64,000 nt of DNA, from assembly GCA_030704615.1 (NCBI GenBank), contig CM060733.1, forward strand, positions 19,530,001-19,594,000, in the 5' to 3' direction. Of the stretch, positions 36,401-44,250 are shown in pieces. The notes below the pieces were generated by a model. The model made no database searches. It had not been told where the DNA came from and was given only the letters and a program-made list of their open reading frames with translations. The first letter of the stretch is position 1. Every line of letters starts with the position of its first letter. The position numbers and the translations under genes were made by a program. The DNA comes from Takakia lepidozioides (taxonomy: Eukaryota > Plantae > Bryophyta).

Positions 36401-36616
36401 TTCCCTTAATCTTTCTTGCAAAGAAACAGAAGGAGTGGCATCCAACTCTAGTTCTTCCGGTATAGGTGATGCACTTTTTGATCTTGATGGTGTGAGAGGT
36501 CCAGATGATTCCCCTATGTCTATTCCTCTCTCCCAAAGATATGGATAATTAGCTTTCAGATAGCTTTCCCTTTTTAATGAATATCTTTGTCGTCTAGCTT
36601 CTCTTTCATCACTCAT
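30176..36616 (-). CDS. Gag-Pol polyprotein (long acidic/Gly-rich N-terminus, capsid, three CCHC knuckles, PR, RT, RNase H, INT; no chromodomain). The last ~200 aa are frameshift read-through into the repeat array
   Basis: CAKCQNEGHTTTEC, CTICKMDNHSTENC, CYYCNQPGHRKAAC; LIDGGSGVNI; FMDGFSGYNQ..VFLDDF; HCDASG; GHFG..CDEC; WGLDFVGP. Copy A1 shows the true frame (VLWLQ..PWKGPY) after about 30785. Confidence 0.96.
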   Translation of the reverse strand: MSDEREARRQRYSLKRESYLKANYPYLWERGIDIGESSGPLTPSRSKSASPIPEELELDATPSVSLQERLRELVQEEDQSRGERSEVHPWIKDLTEIFDKSWHGTPKAGTPVSEAEDEEGDEDVAEPTESSDSPTPLQLSYMSEEETQGQNLNDENREKKLEEEEYEEVDPTAEVETTTRTSQPVGPGSSGALGSQANEGVGSGGSGGLPGSGSGGTGSVGSSATEAGNTVNIVGPEAGSAQGPPLGGRSTTKTTGPEGPAPARVPAPVSGQKVGPQMALQPTRAKPPFPIYSGKGDPDVHISQFEHMCIVNNENGDDAKMRLFPCSLIKKASEWYARFPDNHFLTWNGLNTAFRNRFRTSKTEDEVYGSLQQLKQKKHETVEEYMEKMELMMKKLAAVPAPGLQKTWFVSGLRPELQKKVDMLPHNTVEEAFETANRIEQLGMLRREKKEDEDSEDESDEEEEQELKRKSKRKEKLKRDNYEKRLEEILKKYATEAATHWRKGVWCAKCQNEGHTTTECHMKEKHCTICKMDNHSTENCYYNRRTAAREPRQVRVHQVQPQPRRSNDQDHYGRSGGYNNGMEGRGNSRGNYQGNSRGNYQGNPRGNYQPGNQDYRNNPRPDQGRGPNGEELCYYCNQPGHRKAACSFWIRHQNEMRAPVNEGPVVAAHMVRPCVVPEVSTMIVTRSKAKLIPPVEEEEDETGSGNDMPEDEETWKDEKELHKEVADTIREMQKSTDIPVADSSDSDGEKEESEEERRKEDADMQSNEETLAEVICQTKAEITIGQLLAVAPYCRHRLYQAINRIAQETGNTDLNSKVTSYNVKPEGREPVMDFDDSMPVIQLRIGSTELTDVLIDGGSGVNIMTDQLRKKLGLSNMKPAPFTVTMADQRSVQPLGLIRGVKIQIQKMIFLITVTVLKMDEVMEAYSLLLGRPWLKQARVFHDWNSQLLTVHNGMHEIQITTKKSSRLPATRRPRGVREYDWRGGLDEEQEATLFAAHPEWEQVAEMRLESLSCLRGICCGVVTATPTEEETSIYPSHFYEEREGEIEILEEPATVSLQDEVVTGWTITADEQVREVNVGTPEEPRMVKVGADLEPEFFEEAKSLFIKYRDVFAWSYEDLKGIPPEVCQHKIELEPGSVPIKQARYRMNPNYAQKVGEEIKKLAEAKFIYPIEYTTWLSPIVIVPKKNGKLRVCVNYKKLNACTKKDPFPLPFTEAVLDTVAGHEMYSFMDGFSGYNQVQVAEEDQGKTAFITDWGAYAYKVMPFGLCNAPATFQRVISESFQEYLDDFMQVFLDDFSVYSSKNEHLHKLELCLARCRMRGLGLNPEKCTFCVNSGVLLGHIVCKKGLLVDPRKTESIKVSPPPVNVKSLRRFLGQTSYYRRFVKRYAQIAAPLSKLLKKDAVFAWTAECQQAFEELTLSVTTTPVLINPHWHVVFHVHCDASGEALGAVLAQNVTGNIDSPVYYASRLMNSAERNYSTTEREALAMIYAVKKFRHYLLGRKFMFYVDHQALIYLVNKPLISGRIARWLIILHEFEFEVIYKPGRLHLVADHLSRLTTGEAATGVDDQLPDASLFVMEVQGSADEWLDWQWPIRYYLAHGQCPPSYGKEQRKRIAIRALPYTMVGSRMYKLGPDGVLKRCLYHHEVNKVLEEVHKGVAGGHFGEETTSRKILLAGYWWPTLFKDVHEYCQKCDECQRLGPLQRSGRMALHPTMPTEPFQKWGLDFVGPINPPSKNTRNRYIITATDYTTKWVEAKALRDNTAKSTARFLYENILTRFGCPLEFISDQGSHFMNETIELLTKEFMIVHRKSTTYYPQGNGQAEATNKILCTILAKIVNANRTDWDTKLLTALWSYRTSYKVTTKYTPFQLVYGMEALLPVEFLLPTMRTEWGKRMELQDSIKVRKHELYHVEEVRADAADNMTRIQMKRKEQFDKGKLKTFKTGDLFYGCRRKERFKLLSLNHHGKDLMSYKRCMITTQPCYKPLTKKCWEESMQISLKGYSGIHDKPRNMICMLKPQEQSRAAPVLRTEYGTLVARPSIYDRGGQNNVTQPITGPSRVTQPITAHHDVTQPTTASKGHHSIHSPYGVTQPITAHHDVTQPTTGQQGHTAYHSPSRRDNSLSQAHHDVTRQPQPARRNTAYRRPVTT

Positions 36617-36638
36617 GTCCCATGTCTTTCATTTCTTT

Positions 36639-37334
36639 TTAATGTGGCAATAACCAAAACTCTCTTCTGTAATATCTCTCGTATATGCCTGGATTTCTTT
36701 CAAGCTTCAATGCACCCTTGGCTATACTTGAAGTCTCCGTTACCATATAACCATATGGCAAACAAGTCTGAAAAGCTGTTCTTGGTGTGAGTTTGATCCA
36801 CAAAATATCCTTTGGAATCCAATTCTTTACCAGTACAAGCTCTTCATGCATATGAGTATAAACATTCACCTTTCTTTCTTCCCAGCCTTCAAACTCTACT
36901 CGTTTAATGGATAGCAATGCTATCACATAAACCAATGTTGGTAACCAACGTGCTCTTCCTCTACAGGCTACCTGATAAATCTTTATCACTCCTTTCTCCA
37001 GACCCCATTCTGGATCAGCATCATGCACTCGTTTAAGAATATTTTCTTTACATCCGTCTGGCAATTCCAAGAACCTTTGAAAGAACTGTTTGGACAATCT
37101 TTCTTCCTTCGTTTCACAGGGAATTTGATTCACTTCAAATTCTTTAATGGTCCAACCACCATGATCCCACCAGATGCCTGTCACATCTGGTTGTTCATGT
37201 CCCAGTTCCCCAGTATGGTCGCCAAATGTCGCGCGGCTTTTACTCACCCATCCCTTCGCTATCCGAGGCGGAAACTCCAAGATAGAAGAGTTGGAAATCT
37301 CTAAGTACTCAGCCCGCGCAGAACAATCAGTCAT
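36639..37334 (-). CDS. Family A ORF1, 231 aa, starts in the LTR, has an F-box-like motif; function unknown
   Basis: Open frame ending 22 nt before the gag ATG. 15 synonymous and 0 missense differences against copy A2 over 67 codons (FFQR..VEFEG). Confidence 0.85.
   Translation of the reverse strand: MTDCSARAEYLEISNSSILEFPPRIAKGWVSKSRATFGDHTGELGHEQPDVTGIWWDHGGWTIKEFEVNQIPCETKEERLSKQFFQRFLELPDGCKENILKRVHDADPEWGLEKGVIKIYQVACRGRARWLPTLVYVIALLSIKRVEFEGWEERKVNVYTHMHEELVLVKNWIPKDILWIKLTPRTAFQTCLPYGYMVTETSSIAKGALKLERNPGIYERYYRREFWLLPH
37207..37224 (-). promoter_or_regulatory. Primer-binding site TGGCGACCATACTGGGGA (probably tRNA-Arg)
   Basis: Lies 2 nt from the LTR end and is identical in A2. Resembles the plant Arg-type PBS TGGCGACTCCACTGGGGA; the tRNA assignment is inferred. 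Confidence 0.75.
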
Positions 37335-38325
37335 GACCTACAGCTAGTGTATCATGGGGGTGTTTCCTATTTGTTTCCCTTTTCGCATTCATCTTAGCTA
37401 CCTTACCATTGATAATTACGTATTAGTTTCCTTCACTCCTCCATTCAATCCACAGCTTCACTCAGATCTCTCTACACAGTGTGATTGTATCGTATAAATA
37501 TCAGATTATGATTTATCAGGTATCAGGCCGAAGCCATTGTATCTCTATTCTCCTCTACAATATCCCTACGGCTTTGCATCTAACAAGCATCTACTAATCC
37601 TCCTTCATCGTGCTCTCCGATCTCCGCTTCCGCCTGACTCCCAAGTCCTCCCCGAATAATGATCTCATCATAATCCCCGTTCTTCCCTTTATCCTCCTAT
37701 CCGCGGTTCTAACCGTTTCCCTCTCTAACCGTCGTATGTGAACTAACATGTTCCCTTCTCTGGTGTTGTTCCCCACAGTCGTTCCCTGTCCTACTCTTCG
37801 TTCCCTATTATCGTGACAGCTGTGTCAAGCGGTGACTGGCTGTGTTTGGCTGTGTCGGGCTGTGACTGGCTGTGTGTGCCGGGCTGTGACTGGCTGTGTG
37901 GGCTGTGTCTGCTGTGACGACTGTGACGGGCTGTGTGGGCTGTGTGGGCTGTGACGACTGTGACGGGCTGTGTGGCTGTGACGGCTGTGTGGGCTGTGTG
38001 GGCTGTGACGGCTGTGTGGGCTGTGTGGGCTGTGTGGGCTGTGTGGCTGTGTGGGCTGTGACGGCTGTGACGGGCTGTGTGGCTGTGACGGCTGTGTGGG
38101 CTGTGTGGGCTGTGACGGCTGTGTCGGGCTGTGTGGGCTGTGTGGGCTGTGTCGGCTGTGTGGGCTGTGACGGCTGTGACGGCTGTGTGGGCTGTGGGTT
38201 GTGTAACCCCTTCTACAGTGCTCTGCTGTCACCCCTAAGGTTCCTGTTTGTCTCAGTCTGTGCAAAAATTAAGGGTACCCTACAGATCCCGTATAAGTGT
38301 CTAAGTCCCCTACAGTCCTCTAACA
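37227..38325 (-). repeat. 5' LTR of A4 with an expanded CACAGCC minisatellite (about 37822-38200)
   Basis: TG..CA termini and homology to the other family A LTRs. Confidence 0.95.
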
Positions 38326-38641
38326 ACAGCTGTCACGATAATAGGGAACGAAGAGTAGGACAGGAACGACTGTGGGGGAACAACACCAGTAAAGGGAACA
38401 TGTTAGTTCACATACGACGGTTAGAGAAAGAAACGGTTAGAACCGCGGATAGGAGGATAAAGGGATGAAGGAGGGAGGATTATGATGATTTGGGGGAGGA
38501 CTTCGGAGACAGGCGGGAGCGGAGATCGGAGAGCAAGATGAAGGAGACAAGAGGATTAGTAGATGCTTGTTAGATGCATTCCGCCTTCGGATATTCCGCC
38601 TTCGGATAGCGACAGGGATGGGTTGAGTAAACCGCGCGACA
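38326..38641 (+). repeat. Partial, internally deleted family A LTR in the opposite orientation
   Basis: 38326-38580 is the reverse complement of about 37580-37823; ends ..ccgcgcgaca. Confidence 0.9.
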
Positions 38642-38642
38642 G

Positions 38643-39982
38643 ACATTCACCAAAGAACAATGTGCAAAGTTGTTTGGTGGACAACTGCAAACAGATGGCT
38701 ACTTTTACATGGGTTTTGTACTGACAGAGTATATTCAATTTCCCAAAATCGATGACCCTGTGGAGTAGTTTATTGGGTATGATTGTAGCCAACCGGTGGT
38801 ATCCATTGCAAACTTGATGCAATGGGCATTGTCTATGGAAAAAAAAGAACTGAACAAAAACTCAATTGGCCAGCATAAACGCCGGGCAATGAACAGCAAG
38901 CCAAGAAAGAATGAGGAGCATCGAGAAGCAAGGACCCTGGCAGCACAGAAGTAAGCCAAAGCTAGGAGTTTGTGAATTGAAAGACAGGCTACGCAAAACC
39001 CCAGGAGAGGCAAAGAAGGACTGAAACAAACGCCTGAGCAAGTGATTGCAGAGATGGAAAGGAAAAAAACATGAGCAAGAGTATGTGGCAACTGCCCTAG
39101 CGAGTCTTTCAGAACTACATGATTTGAAGTATGGGAGATGTGTGGGGCAAAGAGGAAAACATTGGAGAGGTTAAAGAAAGGGAGTTGGACTTGATGGAGA
39201 AGACGCGACTATTCGGGTGCAATGGAAGACAGACAATGGTGTCTTTGCAGACGTGTCAAACAAGATTGCAGACCTAGAGGCCAAACTCTCCACGAGGGTG
39301 CCACAATCCCGAAGCCGGGGAAGAGACCTTTAATGCCAAAAGTGGAAGAGAGTTCTTGGTTTTACTGAATTGTGGACAGGGAAGACAGTCTGAGATGCAA
39401 GGAAAACTTGACCAGAAGAAAATCAATTGAAAGCAGAATTTTGGCTTCAAATAATGTGATAAGACCGAAAAAGAGTTCAATGCTTTGTGTGATGCAGGGG
39501 AACCAGGAAGACAGGGACATTAGAGTGGCAGAGAATGTTGGTCGATGTTGCTGACACAGAGAGGAGTCTTATTCCAAGATCAGATTGAGGCCTTTGACAA
39601 AGGGGACAAAGGACTCGCCATCTATCCTATGCCTATATGTCATCCTCAAGTGATCAAAGATCGTACGTCCATCAAGGATTTCCTGAAGGTCTCTCCTTGC
39701 CCTGTTTGCCACAAAGGTTTCCACTGTTGGGACATGGTGGTGGCATCTTGTAAGCACACTTACCATCCTGCTTGTATGGCATCCCATATGAAGACGTCAA
39801 ACAGGTGTAGGGACTTCAGCTGTTCAGAGATCATGCATCCTGATTGGTGTTCTAGTTTTGGGTTAGGATTCTTGACCCAGAGGTGCAGGCACTTGCGGAA
39901 AAGCTGAGAGTGGTTGAGCTGCGCCAAAGGTGGATGTCAAAGCAACTTCACGAGCTAGGGTTAGAAACACCCAAGTTCCAGG
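38643..39982 (+). pseudogene. Degenerate gene with a coiled-coil region and a RING-H2-like zinc finger
   Basis: CPVC-x12-CKHTYHPAC-x10-C-x4-C in ORF 39545-39907; possible donor cag|gtaaga near 39981; upstream frames interrupted. Confidence 0.6.
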
Positions 39983-40149
39983 TAAGATTGATTGCAACAT
40001 TTCCATGTTTTCTCTTCAGAAAACTTGTGTGGTCCAAGGCTGTACCTCTTCATGTCCAAATCCTCAGGATTGTAGTCCCAAGATTGGACCTTCAACCCTT
40101 CAACTGACTATGAGTCTGAATGTGGGACTGCAAATGTTATTATTTGTCC

Positions 40150-40520
40150 TTTTAGTGGAGTGAATCCTTATTGAGGAGTGTCATTCTTAACTAGAATTCT
40201 GAGTCTTCAGTCATATGGAGTGTGAGTCCAAGTGCTGACTCATGTGGGAGTATGAGTCGATGTGGTTTAGTCATGGGGAGTGTGAGTCCACTTGCTGACT
40301 AATTACTTGGGAGTATGAGTCCTTAATGATTTCCACTGATTTCCAGTTTGGAATCAGAGTCCTGTGGAGGGTCAGTCCATGTGCTTAATCATGTGGAGTG
40401 TGAGTCCAACTGCAAAATAATGGATGTGGAATGCGAGTCCTTATTGAGGAGCTTGCTTCTCAACTTGGAATCTGAGTCATGGCCCAGATGGAGTGTGAGT
40501 CCTAATTAGGGAGTGTGAAT
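40150..40520 (+). repeat. Degenerate tandem repeats (catgtggagtgtgagtcc)
   Basis: About 8 recurrences of ggag(t)(g/a)tgagtc. Confidence 0.75.
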
Positions 40521-40938
40521 CTTGCTTGTAGTCCACCATCAGCTGCATAGAACTTGGAAGTTCTAATATTGGGGACAAAAAGTCCATTATGATGGACTGT
40601 GCACTCCCCCACATAATTATTGTAGTCCAACTGTTGGGACTTCAGCCAATGGTAAGGACTACAATGACTTGTCTGGACTCAAATTACAGTTAATGTTGTA
40701 TTGGTAGACAGTAGGCACCAAGTGATAATTCAGCCTTCTCAAACCAGTTGTAATGGGTGTAGGTGTGATAGCAGATGATGGCTTTCATTGATGCCAACAA
40801 ACGAAGACCAGGACCTCCATCTCAGGCCACCACCAACTATAGCGCATTCACCACCAACTACAGTGGAGGCCAAAGTGGACATGGTGGTAGTGCTGTGAAC
40901 CAAAACTTCCCTCGAACTCCAAGCTTCGTCAACTCTTC

Positions 40939-41529
40939 AAATGTCACCTTTGGGGCTGTCGCGGCCGGGGATCGTTGCACCAATTGTTGGTGATGATCCG
41001 TTGAACCCTGAGGTTGATGTCACACCTGATACCATCATGCAAGAGGTTTCAGCTTCAGGAAAGGATTATGTCAAGAAGTTCCTCATTCCTTGTTCTCCAC
41101 CAAAAAAGATTCTGGATCTCCACTGCAGGCTGCATTTGTTCCAGAGATTGTCACGACACATACGCTACAAGTACACACATGAAGATGTTGTGGACTTGAC
41201 AATCCCATCCACCTGTTGTTCCTCCTTATGTGGATGTGAAAAATGTCACCTTGGGGCTGTCGCGGCGGGATCGTTGCACCAATGTTGGTGATCCGTTGAA
41301 CCCTGAGGTTGATGTCACACCTGATACCATCATGCAAGAGGTTTCAGCTTCAGGAAAGGTTATGTCAAGAAGTTCCTCATCCTTGTTCCCACCAAAAAGA
41401 TTCCTGGATCTCCACTGCAGGCTGCATTTGTTCCAGAGATTGTCACGACACATACGCACAAAGTACACATGAAGATGTTGTGGACTTGACAATCCCATCC
41501 ACTGTTGTTCTCCTTATGTGGATGTGAAG
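40939..41529 (+). repeat. Tandem duplication of about 300 bp
   Basis: aatgtcacctt..tgtggatgtgaa occurs twice (about 40939-41240 and 41241-41529), differing mostly by 1-bp indels. Confidence 0.9.
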
Positions 41530-44250
41530 GTGAAAGAGATGGTGCCCAAAAACTGGACATGTGGCAACCCTCTCATCAGACTCAGAATTGGGTCACAAGG
41601 ATTTGAAACTGATGCTGGGGCCGACTCCCAGTTGATTCTGATACAGTTGTGTTGCACAGTACCATAGGTGGAGGCCCCTCACAAGTTTCAGATCCTATAT
41701 TTCATGTCACTCCACCAGTTGCTACCTCCCTTGTTGTCCGCCAATATCCATTTCCCGCAATTCCAGCTCAATTGGATGGTGGTTCTCCATTACCTATGTA
41801 GTATATATTCATGCCTTAGCAACAACCCATCCTGTTCTTGGACCAGTGTTGAACCCCCCCTGTAGCCCTTGTCAGTCCACATGTTCAGGCAACAGGGAAG
41901 CGTAAACGAGAACGAAAGAGATCTCGCAAGGCATTGAGTGCAGAGTATGCAAAGAAGCCCACCACTAGGGCGGATTCTAAGGTATCAATTGACAAGGATA
42001 TGGACAAGTGCCCAGGTGAAAGTACCCCCTCATCAAAGAGAGTTGTCGTGCACAAGCCCTTGGATACGAATGAAGACAACGATCTGAGCCACCATGATAA
42101 GAGTAACTCAATCCCACGGGACGGTGTTGTGAAGGCCCTCGGGGCCCTGTTGTGAAGTCACTGAACACCGTGAAGACTCCTCCCAACTTGACCACTCGGG
42201 GCCTGTTGTCAAGTCCCTTAATACTGTCAAGACCCCACCTAACTTGAAGATGGATGCAGGTTCTTCTGGTGCAGGCCCTAAGAAGAAGAAAAGAAAAACA
42301 TATCAACTAGGTACAAGCTGAGTACTGTACACTTATGCTTTTATCACTAATGTTAGAATAACTCTTGGTTGTTATTTTGCCAATTCATGCTCAAGTTTCT
42401 GATGCAATTTAACTCCTCTATGCATGATATATAGGACATACATCTAGTATACGTTGTGCTGAATTATGAGACAGAAGTATAGTAAGATCTTGAGCATTGG
42501 GTGGCAATGCAGGGCATGTGATAGCAGACCGCCCCTATGAGGACTTTACCACTCGCTGCTGTCATTGTGGGGACAGGTCTCGTCTCTTCTCAGTACTTGT
42601 TCATTTATGACATGGCCACTTTGGGAGGCAGGCACCAAGCAAAGGCTAGTCTTTCATCGATGGGGTAGAGGTTGGTGCCACGATATGTCAATGTTGAGCA
42701 GTTTAGAACTGCAGAGGATGTGTTAGTTGTTACCATTAGGTGCCCAGCCAAGTCATGTGATGTGGATTTGCCCTTGTGTTTCTCGAGTAGCTCACAATGG
42801 ACACATGACATGGATTGAGGGCATGCACATTACTGTTCTGTTCATTTCTGCTGATAGGTATGCTGTACATGTTTGAGTAAGGCAGCAATATCATTGACAG
42901 TGGTTTTTTGAAAACAATGCACTCTATTTTGCTATCTGTTTCTGATAGGAATTGCTAGAATAACTTCGTGCAGGCAGTCTACTATCATTCATGTCTATGT
43001 TCGAAGATGGCTTTGAAAGGCCCGTTGCTTTTCCTGCGTGTGCTACAATTCTCCAACATACGTGGGTTTAACAGAGTCTGCGCCTGAAATTTACTAACTG
43101 GTGGATGGTATGGCTACATCCGGTTGCGTACCTCTATCCTCCTTTGCTTGACTCTGATAGTTCATTTACAAAACTGCAATCGGACACCAACAATACAAGT
43201 CTCCATCTCTCAATGGTAATTAGTCTAGCTCCTTGGTGAAGATCCCTGGTATGGCTGACCGAAGCCTGGCCAACAGACCTCATTCCCATCATTCCCCTCT
43301 CTACAAGAGACAAGCTGGTTCTGTACCCAAGTCAGGACACTAATCAACTCACTAAAACAGAATATACCTCAGTAATGGCAGCTCTAAGCAATCTACCTTC
43401 GCTCAATTGAGCACATAAATGTGATTTGTAGTGCTGCCTGCCTAATTCTTCAGAGAGTTTGATAGTATCTCTCAACTTCATCCAAGCCCAAAAATTACTT
43501 GTGTGTTGATTTAATGCATGCAGTTCAATATGCAAGGATGGCTTAACTTTGAAGAGGGAATCAAGACAGTATGATAGCAGGTCTGCTGCTATTCCACTTG
43601 ATTGTCCCACTGTGTTTTGGAAGGCTGTTAGCAAACTCAACTAGAATGGCGCCCGGCTTCAGCAATGTTGAGGAACATGTGCCTTGAGGAACATGTGCCT
43701 TATTTTTACAGCTATGATCTTCTCACTTTCTTATCCAAAACGAGGGTGTGGAACTTTGAAAGGACCATGAAGTATGACAAGTTGTAGGGTTTATGATGAG
43801 GTTTTGCCCCATATATCTTCGTAGCCAGGCACTTTGCCAACCAGTTGGTATGAAGAGGGGGAGGACAACAGATTGTGTGATCAAGAGGAAGGCAGACACA
43901 CTCCAAATAACAAGAAACCCAATCACAGAAAGAAAACCAGACACATTAAAATTGAAATTCCCCGGCCTGTGAAGTGATACACCACAGCACTAGTGCGGGA
44001 ATCTAGTCACCAGGCACATTCAATTGAACAGTAACAATTTGGCCACAGCCACAGCCTCTTCAACCATAGCTTGCAAGATAGATTATAGATTATGAATTAT
44101 AATCTGCGGCCAAATAACAAAGCTACATACATACAAATTCCGAAAACAATCTCTCAGCTCACAAGCAACTTGTAATTCACATTGCTACATATTTGAGTTA
44201 CATAACCCAAGGGAGAATTGGACCCCATCCCGATAAGGGAAGTTGCCCCG

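Larger units (their letters stand above)
29398..38325 (-). mobile_element. Family A copy A4 (5' LTR, PBS, ORF1, near-intact gag-pol; 3' end lost in the gap)
   Basis: LTR 37227-38325, PBS 37207-37224, ORF1 and a single gag-pol ORF. Confidence 0.96.

Noticed and set aside
22513-38325. A3 and A4 as a single full-length element
   Set aside because: The LTRs are clearly different variants, the flanks do not form a TSD (aaggg vs acagc), about 75 bp overlap redundantly, and an N gap intervenes.
37825-38468. His/Ser/Pro- and Cys/Val/Gly-rich ORFs (also 6009-6523 and the tail of the 2146-aa ORF)
   Set aside because: These are translations of stop-free minisatellites whose length and frame vary between copies.
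39264-39277. 14-bp match (gattgcagacctag) to the Sola-like terminus as the missing other TIR
   Set aside because: It lacks the terminal GAG part and the subterminal array and lies in coding-like sequence, so it is likely chance.
40939-41529. Tandem duplication as a functional repeat
   Set aside because: The units differ mostly by single-base indels, which fits a consensus artefact or a neutral duplication.
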